From NCBI RefSeq assembly GCF_017876815.1, contig NZ_JAGIOS010000001.1, positions 3,000,001 through 3,032,000 on the forward strand: DNA of 32,000 bases, given 5' to 3'. Below, one piece after another: positions 7,815 to 15,494 of this stretch (position 1 is its first letter; every line of letters begins with the position of its first letter). This DNA is from Sinorhizobium meliloti. GTDB taxonomy: Bacteria; Pseudomonadota; Alphaproteobacteria; Rhizobiales; Rhizobiaceae. The notes beneath the pieces are model-generated. The model searched no databases and had not been told where the DNA came from. It worked only from the letters and a program-made list of their open reading frames with translations. A program made the position numbers and the translations under genes.

Positions 7815-8813
7815 TCAGAGCGCCGCCTTCACCTTTTCGGCGACCTCCGGGCTTACCCACTGCGTCCATATCTCCTGGAAGTTCCCGAGGAAGTAGCGGG
7901 CGGCGCTCTCGTTCGTCCCCTGGTTCTGATCCATCCAGGCCAGAACCTTGTTTACCGTCGCGTTTTCCCATTGCCGCGCCTCGACGTAGTCCATGGCGCT
8001 GCCTGCTCTATCGGCAAAGGACTTGGTCACCACGGTATAGACGTCCGAGACCGGATAGGAGTTTACCTTTGGGGTCGGGCAATCCGGAGCGGCAGTGCAG
8101 GAGTCCCATTCCGCCTTGTCGTGATCCACACCGAAAGACAGCAAGGTCATCTCGTACTTGCCGAGCAAGGCGGTCGGAGCCCAATAGTAGCCGAGCCAGC
8201 CGGTCTTCTTCTCGAATGCTTCGGTGATCGACGCGTCAAGCCCGGCAGCAGAACCGGGATCGATCAGCTGGAAGCCGGCCTTTTCCGCATCGAGAGCCTT
8301 GTAGAGATTGGCGGTGGAGAACCGGCAGTTCCAGCTTGAAGGGCAATTATGGATCGCTCCCTTTGCGGGGTTCTCGTGAGAAGGGAAGAGTTCCGGGTGC
8401 TTCAACGCGTCCTGCACCGTTCGGATATCCGGGTGCGCGTCGGCGATGAACTTCGGAATCCACCAGCCTTCGACACCGCCTTCGCTCAAGATCTTGGCGC
8501 CCTCGACGAGGCGGCCCTCCTTGACTGCGGCATCGAAAGGCGTGCGTACGGAGTTGATCCAGAGTTCCGGCACCAGGTCGGGCTCTGCCTTCTCGTTCAT
8601 CGAGGTGAAGGTCAGCATCGTGTCGCCGGCGACGAGCTTCACGCTGCAGCCATAGCCGTTTTCCAGGATGAACCTGTCCACGTGAGCCGCGACGCCCGCC
8701 GACGCCCAGTCCATCTCGGCTATGCTGACGTCGCCGCATTCGGCAGCTCCGGAGGGGCCCGCCAGAGAGCATATGCCTGCCGTGAGGATGAGGGTAGCAA
8801 GGAGTTTTTTCAT
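7815..8813 (-). CDS. proX: glycine betaine-type ABC transporter substrate-binding protein (OpuAC/ProX family), secreted
   Basis: The track ORF was trimmed to ATG 8813 (MKKLLATLILTAGICSLAGPSGAAE signal peptide). Trp-rich OpuAC-like blocks are EMDWAS, GWWIPKF and GYYWAPT. Confidence 0.85.
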   Translation of the reverse strand: MKKLLATLILTAGICSLAGPSGAAECGDVSIAEMDWASAGVAAHVDRFILENGYGCSVKLVAGDTMLTFTSMNEKAEPDLVPELWINSVRTPFDAAVKEGRLVEGAKILSEGGVEGWWIPKFIADAHPDIRTVQDALKHPELFPSHENPAKGAIHNCPSSWNCRFSTANLYKALDAEKAGFQLIDPGSAAGLDASITEAFEKKTGWLGYYWAPTALLGKYEMTLLSFGVDHDKAEWDSCTAAPDCPTPKVNSYPVSDVYTVVTKSFADRAGSAMDYVEARQWENATVNKVLAWMDQNQGTNESAARYFLGNFQEIWTQWVSPEVAEKVKAAL

Positions 8814-9093
8814 GTCCGTCGACACCTTCACGTCACTGCGGCCACACATGGTGGATGGAGCGCCGCCTAACCGCTCCCGCGCTGAAGCTGCCAGCCGGCC
8901 CACTTCGTTGTCATTGCGGCAAGCCTAAGTGTTCGCGTTGAGAAATCAACCTTTTCATCCGGCGTCTGGCGCCGGCGGCGTATTCCGCCGTGACGCCCTC
9001 GCTGTACCGAGCACACGAACGGCGAAATCGACGAAATTCACTTTTGGTTAAGACCTCAATAACGATCCGGTAAGGTTGTGGGGATAATTGTCT

Positions 9094-9210
9094 GCCTGCG
9101 GCGGGCGACTGCCGCAGGTCCGGATCAGGTAGTGCGTGCCGGACCCGATATTCAGCAGAATAATCTGATCGCCGCACCCTTCCGTTCCAACGGTTGGGTG
9201 CGGCTTTTGC
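9094..9210 (+). ncRNA. candidate trans- or cis-acting small RNA (three hairpins ending in an intrinsic terminator)
   Basis: Hairpin 1 is 9094-9119 (CTGCGGC/GCCGCAG core). Hairpin 2 is 9117-9145 (GGTCCGG/CCGGACC). An AU-rich linker spans 9146-9170, and a terminator hairpin 9171-9204 is followed by TTTT. GATAAT at 9083-9088 could be a -10 box. No coding potential on this strand. Confidence 0.3.
9171..9208 (+). terminator. intrinsic terminator (plus-strand orientation; possibly bidirectional)
   Basis: GCCGCACCC-(16-nt loop with inner CCGTT/AACGG stem)-GGGTGCGGC is a perfect 9-bp GC-rich stem followed by TTTTGCATTT. Confidence 0.55.
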
Positions 9211-9276
9211 ATTTCCGGGGGAAGCGTGAAGAAGCTGCCCCGAAAAAGGGGGCGGTTTCGAACGCGACGTGGCGCT

Positions 9277-9420
9277 TTATCCGACGTTGGACGTTCGGAT
9301 GAGGCCGAGTGGGCCGACCGGCGCTTCCGCGACGACATTGCGGACGCGGGACTGGCCGTTCGGCGCCTTGGAGTTCCAGGCGATCTGAACGAAGTTGGGT
9401 TTGCCGAAGACGAACAGCAT
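9277..9420 (-). CDS. unannotated small ORF, 47 aa, unknown function
   Basis: MLFVFGKPNFVQIAWNSKAPNGQSRVRNVVAEAPVGPLGLIRTSNVG. By my hand count 40 of 47 codons end in G/C. An in-frame TAG lies 2 codons upstream of the ATG. CTATAT (an exact rhizobial -10 consensus) is at 9474-9479 on the minus strand, with ATTCAA 17 nt upstream. It falls below the length cut-off of the ORF track. Confidence 0.4.
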   Translation of the reverse strand: MLFVFGKPNFVQIAWNSKAPNGQSRVRNVVAEAPVGPLGLIRTSNVG

Positions 9421-9533
9421 GGCTTTCTACCTTGGGAGACCGGGCAATTTCCGGCGGGGTTTCGATGGCGCGGATATAGGCTCTTGCCGGGACGACTTGA
9501 ATGCCAGGCTCGGCACGGCATGTCGCAATTGAG

Positions 9534-9562
9534 CAAGCGTGCGAGAAATTTTCGCACGCTTG
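9534..9562. promoter_or_regulatory. 29-bp near-perfect palindrome between the small ORF and cobQ
   Basis: CAAGCGTGCGA-GAAATTT-TCGCACGCTTG has 11-bp perfect arms. It lies about 100 nt upstream of the cobQ start and about 35 nt upstream of the putative -35 of the small ORF. Confidence 0.4.
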
Positions 9563-9664
9563 AAGAAGGCCGGAAATGCACCGTGACCGCCGGTGACGCA
9601 ATCATGGCGGAATCGCGTCGGAACAGAGCTTTGCGGCGGGCGGTTTCGATGCTACGGGAAAGGC

Positions 9665-11119
9665 ATGACACGCAAGATCATGCTGCAGGGAACCGGCTCG
9701 GATGTCGGAAAATCGGTACTGGTAGCGGGCCTCTGCCGGCTCGCTTCCAATCATGGCCTCAGCGTAAAACCGTTCAAGCCCCAGAACATGTCGAACAATG
9801 CCGCCGTTGCCGACGACGGCGGCGAGATCGGCCGTGCGCAATGGCTCCAGGCGCTTGCCGCGCGCGTGCCGTCCTCCGTGCATATGAACCCGGTGCTTCT
9901 GAAGCCGCAATCGGATGTGGGCAGCCAGGTCGTCGTCCAGGGCAGGGTGGCGGGCCAGGCCAAGGGGAAGGAATACCAGGCTCTCAAACCGAGCCTCCTC
10001 GGCTCGGTCATGGAGAGTTTCGAACAGGTGTCCGCCGGCGCCGATCTCGTGATCGTCGAAGGCGCCGGCTCGCCGGCCGAAATCAACCTGCGCGCCGGCG
10101 ACATCGCCAATATGGGGTTTGCCACCCGCGCTGACGTGCCCGTGGTTCTCGTCGGCGATATCGACCGCGGTGGTGTGATCGCGTCCCTGGTCGGCACGCA
10201 TGCGATCCTGCCGGGGGACGACCGGCGCATGGTCACCGGCTACCTCATCAACAAATTCCGCGGCGATGTCACCCTCTTCGATGACGGCATCGCATCGGTT
10301 CGTCAGTTCACCGGCTGGCCTTGCTTCGGCGTCGTGCCCTGGCTGAAAAGTGCCGGGCGGCTGCCTGCCGAAGACTCCGTCGTCCTCGAGAGGCTGACGC
10401 GGGGCGGCGGCAAGGCGCTGAAGGTCGCAGTCCCCGTCCTGTCGCGGATCGCCAATTTCGACGATCTCGATCCCTTGGCCGCGGAGCCGGACGTGGACAT
10501 AGTCTTCGTTCGGCCGGGGACGCCGCTTCCCGACGATGCGGGCCTCATCGTCATACCCGGCTCGAAATCCACCATTGCCGATCTCGACGATTTCCGCAGG
10601 CAGGGCTGGGACCGGGATCTCGACCGGCATATGCGGCGCGGTGGCCGGGTCGTCGGTATCTGCGGCGGCTATCAGATGCTCGGAAGCCGGGTTGCCGACC
10701 CGCTCGGTATCGAGGGCGGCAAGCGCGAGATCGAGGGGCTGGGGCTGCTGTCCGTCGAGACGGAGATGGCTCCGGAAAAGACGGTTCGCAACAGCCGCGC
10801 CTGGTCGCGGGAATACGACGTCGCGCTCGAAGGCTACGAAATCCATCTCGGCAAGACGACGGGCGCCGATTGCAGCCGCGCGCCGGTCGAGATCGACGGC
10901 CGCCCGGATGGAGCGATGTCGGCGGACGGCCGCGTGATGGGCACCTATCTGCACGGTCTTTTCGGAAGCGACGCCTACCGGTCCGCGCTGCTCAAGAGCT
11001 TCGGTATCGAAGGCGGGGGAGGCAATTACCGCCGGTCGGTGGATGCGGCTCTCGACGAGATTGCCTTGGAACTCGAAACGGTACTCGATCGGGCGTGGCT
11101 CGGGACACTGCTCGGGTAG
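9665..11119 (+). CDS. cobQ: cobyric acid synthase
   Basis: The track ORF was trimmed to ATG 9665, preceded by GGGAAAGG. MTRKIMLQGTGSDVGKSVLVAGLCR is the CobQ/CbiP N-terminus. The C-terminal glutamine amidotransferase motifs are GICGGYQMLG and GTYLHGLF. Confidence 0.95.
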   Translation: MTRKIMLQGTGSDVGKSVLVAGLCRLASNHGLSVKPFKPQNMSNNAAVADDGGEIGRAQWLQALAARVPSSVHMNPVLLKPQSDVGSQVVVQGRVAGQAKGKEYQALKPSLLGSVMESFEQVSAGADLVIVEGAGSPAEINLRAGDIANMGFATRADVPVVLVGDIDRGGVIASLVGTHAILPGDDRRMVTGYLINKFRGDVTLFDDGIASVRQFTGWPCFGVVPWLKSAGRLPAEDSVVLERLTRGGGKALKVAVPVLSRIANFDDLDPLAAEPDVDIVFVRPGTPLPDDAGLIVIPGSKSTIADLDDFRRQGWDRDLDRHMRRGGRVVGICGGYQMLGSRVADPLGIEGGKREIEGLGLLSVETEMAPEKTVRNSRAWSREYDVALEGYEIHLGKTTGADCSRAPVEIDGRPDGAMSADGRVMGTYLHGLFGSDAYRSALLKSFGIEGGGGNYRRSVDAALDEIALELETVLDRAWLGTLLG

Positions 11120-11211
11120 GGCCGGCCGGACGAGGCGTGCCCGTTTGGAGTTTCCCGCCCCGGCCCGTATCGTGCCGCCAGCGCAGCAAACGGCTCGTTG
11201 AAAGGATCGGA

Positions 11212-12027
11212 ATGCAGCAATACGACGACGATCTTCGGCAGTTCGAAGCCCGGGGCGCACCGGCTCTGCCTCCAGCCGCGGAGCAGGGCTATGTGGAGCG
11301 CGATGGCGCCCGGATATGGTATTCGACATACGGCGCGGGAGCACCGGTGGTCCTTTTGCACGGCGGCCTCGGCCACAGCGGCAACTGGGGCTATCAGCTT
11401 GCGCCGCTTCTTGACGCAGGCCGTCGCGTCGTGCTCATCGACAGCCGCGGACATGGGCGCAGCACGCGTGATGAGCGGCCCTACAGCTACGAAGTGATGG
11501 CATCCGACGTCCTCGCCGTCGCGGACATGCTGCAGCTTCAGAAGTTCGCCGTGGTGGGCTGGAGCGACGGGGCTTGCATCGGCCTCGTTCTTGCGAACCG
11601 CGCGCCCGAGCGCATTGCCGGCGTCTTTTTCTTCGCCTGCAACATGGACCCGAGCGGCGCGACAGAATTCGAGGCCACTCCGGTTATCGATCGTTGCTTC
11701 GCCCGGCACCGGAAGGACTATGCCGAATTGTCGGCGACGCCGGATCAGTTCGACGACTTCGTCTCGGCCGTCAGCGAGATGATGAGTACGCAACCCAATT
11801 ACTCGGCAGGCGACCTCGCCGAAATCCGAGTACCGGTCGCGGTCGTGCAGGCCGAGAAGGACGAGTTCATAAAATGGGAGCACGCCCAATATCTCGCCCG
11901 GAGCATTCCCGCAGCCGACTTGATCGCGCTTGAACACGTCAGCCACTTTGCGCCGCTGCAGAGACCCGACGTGTTCAACGGCGCCATGCTTGCATTTCTC
12001 GACAAGGTCCTTCCAACCAGGACCTGA
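11212..12027 (+). CDS. alpha/beta hydrolase fold protein
   Basis: The track ORF 10321-12027 was trimmed to ATG 11212 (AAAGGA at 11201-11206). Motifs are HGGLGHSGNW, the nucleophile elbow GWSDGA, and a C-terminal HF..LQ.P pattern. Confidence 0.85.
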   Translation: MQQYDDDLRQFEARGAPALPPAAEQGYVERDGARIWYSTYGAGAPVVLLHGGLGHSGNWGYQLAPLLDAGRRVVLIDSRGHGRSTRDERPYSYEVMASDVLAVADMLQLQKFAVVGWSDGACIGLVLANRAPERIAGVFFFACNMDPSGATEFEATPVIDRCFARHRKDYAELSATPDQFDDFVSAVSEMMSTQPNYSAGDLAEIRVPVAVVQAEKDEFIKWEHAQYLARSIPAADLIALEHVSHFAPLQRPDVFNGAMLAFLDKVLPTRT

Positions 12028-12151
12028 GCTTTACACCCGTCTTCACGTTCTCCGTTGCATACGCCTTGCGAAAAATGCAGCATGGTTTCGGGGTAGGACG
12101 ACCTCTTCGCCGCTGTGCATGGCGACGGCGTCCGGCGCGAAGGGCGCTGCC

Positions 12152-14329
12152 ATGGCACGCACGCAGCTAGTTGGGGTCATTATCGGCCTGGCGATCGTCG
12201 CGGCGCTCACAGTGCTGCGTGCAACCGATCCGCCACTTTTGCGTCTCGCCCGCGATCTCACTTTCGACGAGTACCAGCGCCTGGCGCCGCGCAGCTTCGA
12301 GAACGTTCCGGTTCGCGTCGTCGACATCGACGAGGCGTCGCTGAAAGAGTTCGGCCAGTGGCCGTGGCCGCGCGACCGCGTTGCCGCTCTGGTCGACCGG
12401 CTCTCGGAAATTGGCGCGGCGGCGATAGCCTTCGACATCCTGTTCTCCGAACCCGACCGTCTTTCGCCGCGCAGCGTCATGCGCGACGTCGCCGGCGTCG
12501 ATCAGGCGCTCCTTAAGCGGTTGCCGGACAATGACGAGATACTCGCACGATCGATCGGCGACCGGCCCGTCGTGCTCGGTTTCGGCCTTACCAACGCAGG
12601 CAACTACCGGCCGCCGGTGAAAGCGGGTTTCGCCTTCACCGGGGAAAGCCCGTTCGATGCGCCGCCGCGGCTTACGGCTGCGACTCCTTTGAGGCCGCAA
12701 CTCGAAGCCAGGGCCGCGGGCCTGGGCCATATAAGCCTCAATCCCGGCAGCCGGTCGGCCGTCGTGCGCTCGGTCCCGCTGCTGTTGAGCGATGGCGAGC
12801 AACTCTATCCGAACCTGGCCCTCGAAGCGCTGCGCGTGGCTCAAGGCGCTTCCACCTACATCGTAGCGGGTGCTCCGGATGCGCCCGATACCATCACGCT
12901 GATCAAGGTCGGCGAATTCGTGGTGCCGGTGACCGCAGCGGGCGAACTCTGGCTCTATGTCAGTCCGGATCGCGCTGAAAGATATGTCTCTGCCGGCCGG
13001 GTGCTGGCGCCCGGCGGAGTTTCCGCCGAAACGAGGGCAGCGATCGAAGGCGGTATCGTATTCGTGGGCACGTCGGCAGCAGGCCTGCAGGACATTCGCA
13101 CCACGGCTCTTGGGCACAATGTGCCCGGAGTGTCGCTGCACGCGCAGACTGTCGAGCAGGTCCTCTCGGGCCGCTTTCTCTCCCGCCCGGATTGGGCGGA
13201 CGGACTGGAGATCCTTGCGATCGCGGCTGCAGGCAGCCTGCTTGTCCTGCTGACCACCTTCGTCAGCCCGGCCGTCGCGCTTGCCTGCGGCCTCCTGATA
13301 ACCGCGCTGGCCCTCGTGGCCTCCTGGTCAGCCTTCCTTTATGCAGGCCTGCTATTCGACCCTCTGGCTCCAATCCTTGCCGGATCGATCACCCATTTTG
13401 CGGCAACCGCCTATCGGTTCCTGGTCATAGACCGGGAGCGGCGCGTGGTTCGGCGCGCCTTCGGCCAGTACCTGTCGCCCTCGCTTCTCTATCGCATCGA
13501 GCATACGCAGGACGCCCTGCGTCTCGGCGGCGACGATCGTGAGTTGACGATCATGTTCGTCGATGTACGCAACTTCACGGAGATCAGCGAGCGCCTGACG
13601 CCGGGAGAGGTGGTCCGTTTTCTCAATACGCTGCTCGACGCGCTGAGCCGCCATGTCATCGCCAACGAGGGCACGCTCGACAAGTTCATCGGCGATTCGA
13701 TCATGGCGTTCTGGAACGCGCCCGTCGACGTCGCCGATCACCCCGGCAAGGCGGTCCGCGCCGCCTTGGCCATGCGCGAGACGCTCGCCCGGCTCAACGA
13801 GAGCGACGCCTTCGGCTTCGGGAGCGATCAAAAGGTGGCGATCGGCGTGGGAATCCATACCGGGCTTGCCTGCGTCGGCAATATGGGGGCGGAGATGCAC
13901 TTCAACTATTCGGCCGTCGGCGACGCGGTCAACATCGCCGCCCGGATCGAGGCCGCCTGCAAGGACGTCGGCTTCGATATTCTTATATCCGAGACGACGG
14001 CGGATTTGGGCGAACGGTGCGCCGTGCTGGAGGCGGGGGCGCTGGCGCTGAAGGGCAAGAGCACGCGAACGCGGGTATACGCCGTGGTCGGTGACGAGCA
14101 TATGGCCGCTTCGGCCGAGTTTTCCGAGCTGCAGCGCATTCATGAACAGTTGATCGGGGCGATGCGTTCGAGGTCACGGCCGCGCAGAGAACTCGTCAAT
14201 GCCGCAAAGCTCAAGGCTCCGGCCCTATGTGGAGGATTATCGGATTTCTACCGCCGCATCGGGCGCCGGACAGACCACTTTGCCGGTGAGCCTTTGCCGT
14301 TCGCAGACGAAGTCGGATCCGCCGAGTAG
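12152..14329 (+). CDS. CHASE2 sensor domain-containing class III adenylate/guanylate cyclase (membrane receptor cyclase)
   Basis: ATG 12152 is preceded by GAAGGG. The order is an N-terminal TM segment, a CHASE2 pattern (VVDIDEASL..GQWPWPR..AAAIAFDILF), three TM segments, then the cyclase core (IMFVDVRNFT, KFIGDSIMAFWNAP, GLACVGNMG, YSAVGDAVNIAARIE). Confidence 0.9.
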   Translation: MARTQLVGVIIGLAIVAALTVLRATDPPLLRLARDLTFDEYQRLAPRSFENVPVRVVDIDEASLKEFGQWPWPRDRVAALVDRLSEIGAAAIAFDILFSEPDRLSPRSVMRDVAGVDQALLKRLPDNDEILARSIGDRPVVLGFGLTNAGNYRPPVKAGFAFTGESPFDAPPRLTAATPLRPQLEARAAGLGHISLNPGSRSAVVRSVPLLLSDGEQLYPNLALEALRVAQGASTYIVAGAPDAPDTITLIKVGEFVVPVTAAGELWLYVSPDRAERYVSAGRVLAPGGVSAETRAAIEGGIVFVGTSAAGLQDIRTTALGHNVPGVSLHAQTVEQVLSGRFLSRPDWADGLEILAIAAAGSLLVLLTTFVSPAVALACGLLITALALVASWSAFLYAGLLFDPLAPILAGSITHFAATAYRFLVIDRERRVVRRAFGQYLSPSLLYRIEHTQDALRLGGDDRELTIMFVDVRNFTEISERLTPGEVVRFLNTLLDALSRHVIANEGTLDKFIGDSIMAFWNAPVDVADHPGKAVRAALAMRETLARLNESDAFGFGSDQKVAIGVGIHTGLACVGNMGAEMHFNYSAVGDAVNIAARIEAACKDVGFDILISETTADLGERCAVLEAGALALKGKSTRTRVYAVVGDEHMAASAEFSELQRIHEQLIGAMRSRSRPRRELVNAAKLKAPALCGGLSDFYRRIGRRTDHFAGEPLPFADEVGSAE

Positions 14330-14341
14330 AGAGGGAGTGCT

Positions 14342-15250
14342 CTAACCGCGGCCCTTCTTCGTGCCTGTGTCCAGTTGCCCGTTCTTGCCGGTATCCTGGC
14401 CCTTCTTGCCGGTGTCCTGCCCCTTCTTGCCCGTGTCCTGCCCCTTCTTCCCCTTGTCGAGGCCACGCTTGCCCGGCTCGTTGCTGGGTGTCTTGCCCGG
14501 GCGGGGCGCCTTTTGCGGGCTTGCTCTTTCGGGCGGCCGCGCGCGTTCCGGCGCGGTCGGCTTGATCTCGACAGCGGCCGAAATACCGCAACTGCCGCTC
14601 ATGCTGCCGAAGGAGGCAGACAGTCTTTGGTCGCCCGAAAGAAAGGGCAGGGCCTTCCGGTTTCCGAGCGTCGCCAGTGTGCGGCGACCGGCCCTGTGCG
14701 TGTCCGTCATGGTTCCGTCGCGCTTTGCGATCACGCAATCGCAGCGTCGGGTGAGCTGCTGGCATCCCGCCGGGCCGCAGAACCGGGCCGCGCCCTCCAG
14801 GAGAACGATCGCCGTCGTTCCGTCATTGCCGATGTAGAAATCGAACACGGTTCCGCGTACGCCGATCGTTCCGGCAGGTGTCAGGATCTGATAGGCCGAG
14901 TGCTTCGAATTTCCGCTGATCCAGCGAAACGTGCCTTTGGCGGCGGCGACGGTGAGTTGCTGCACCGATTTCGAATCGTTGAAGACGAACTTGTCGATGA
15001 CGACGGAAGAGCCTGCCCCCACCGCCAATTTACTGCCGTCGCGGAACACGAACTGGCCGAGCCCGGATCTGGACGTGCTTATTCGCTCGTCCCGGTGAAC
15101 GGCGTCCCGCTCCACGAGCGGTCCGCCGCTGCCGGTGACCACCGTCCTGATCCGGACCGCTTCTCCAACCGGTTCGGCAGCAATTGTCGGTATGGAACCG
15201 TAAAACGCTGCGCCCAACACAGCGATTGCGGCACGACGCAAGTGAAACAT
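14342..15250 (-). CDS. FecR-domain protein with signal peptide and Lys/Gly-rich repeat tail
   Basis: The track ORF was trimmed to ATG 15250 (GGAGGG 6 nt upstream). The signal peptide is MFHLRRAAIAVLGAAFYGSIPTIAAEP. FecR-like blocks are GTFRWISG and TPAGTIGVRGTVFDF. The C-terminus is GKKGQDT x3. Confidence 0.8.
   Translation of the reverse strand: MFHLRRAAIAVLGAAFYGSIPTIAAEPVGEAVRIRTVVTGSGGPLVERDAVHRDERISTSRSGLGQFVFRDGSKLAVGAGSSVVIDKFVFNDSKSVQQLTVAAAKGTFRWISGNSKHSAYQILTPAGTIGVRGTVFDFYIGNDGTTAIVLLEGAARFCGPAGCQQLTRRCDCVIAKRDGTMTDTHRAGRRTLATLGNRKALPFLSGDQRLSASFGSMSGSCGISAAVEIKPTAPERARPPERASPQKAPRPGKTPSNEPGKRGLDKGKKGQDTGKKGQDTGKKGQDTGKNGQLDTGTKKGRG
14380..14452. repeat. 21-bp tandem repeat, about 3.5 copies, inside the 3' end of the FecR-domain gene
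   Basis: The copies are gttcttgccggtatcctggcc, cttcttgccggtgtcctgccc, cttcttgcccgtgtcctgccc and a partial cttcttcccc. They encode the GKKGQDT heptads. Confidence 0.85.
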
Positions 15251-15457
15251 CGCACCCTCCACGATGATCTCCTGCGGCCGACGTGGTCCGGGATCATGAG
15301 CGTGAATGAGAAATAACCGGATCGACACAATGTCGCCGGACCCCAAGCATTCATTCTTATCATGGGGTGGGCGGAAGTGTCTGCCTACCCGTTCGGAGTA
15401 GCCGACGCAAAGCGCATTTCTGCCGTAATCGGCGGCCCCGGTGTCGCAGGCCGTCGA

Positions 15458-15486
15458 TTGACTTTGCCGCCGCCGCTTCATAATTA
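15458..15486 (+). promoter_or_regulatory. sigma70-type promoter of the cobP operon
   Basis: TTGACT (15458-15463), a 17-nt spacer, then TAATTA (15481-15486). The riboswitch begins immediately downstream. Confidence 0.45.
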
Positions 15487-15494
15487 ACGCAGTA

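Noticed and set aside
9100-9260. Possible second cobalamin riboswitch upstream of proX or cobQ (CCGGACCTGCGG on the minus strand resembles a B12 box; GGGAAGCGTGAAGAAGCTGCCCC on the plus strand resembles the GGGAA...GCTGCCCC block)
   Set aside because: The box is 2 nt short of consensus. No GCCACTG core or ordered set of blocks accompanies either piece, and the two fragments are on opposite strands.
10321-11211. N-terminal 297 codons of the 568-aa track ORF ending at 12027
   Set aside because: This part overlaps cobQ out of frame and is Arg/Gly-rich nonsense. The alpha/beta-hydrolase fold starts at ATG 11212, which has its own RBS.
9602-11344. 580-aa ORF on the minus strand
   Set aside because: It lies entirely antisense to cobQ and the hydrolase start. 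The translation is Arg/Ala/Pro-rich with no family pattern, a typical shadow ORF of a high-GC gene.
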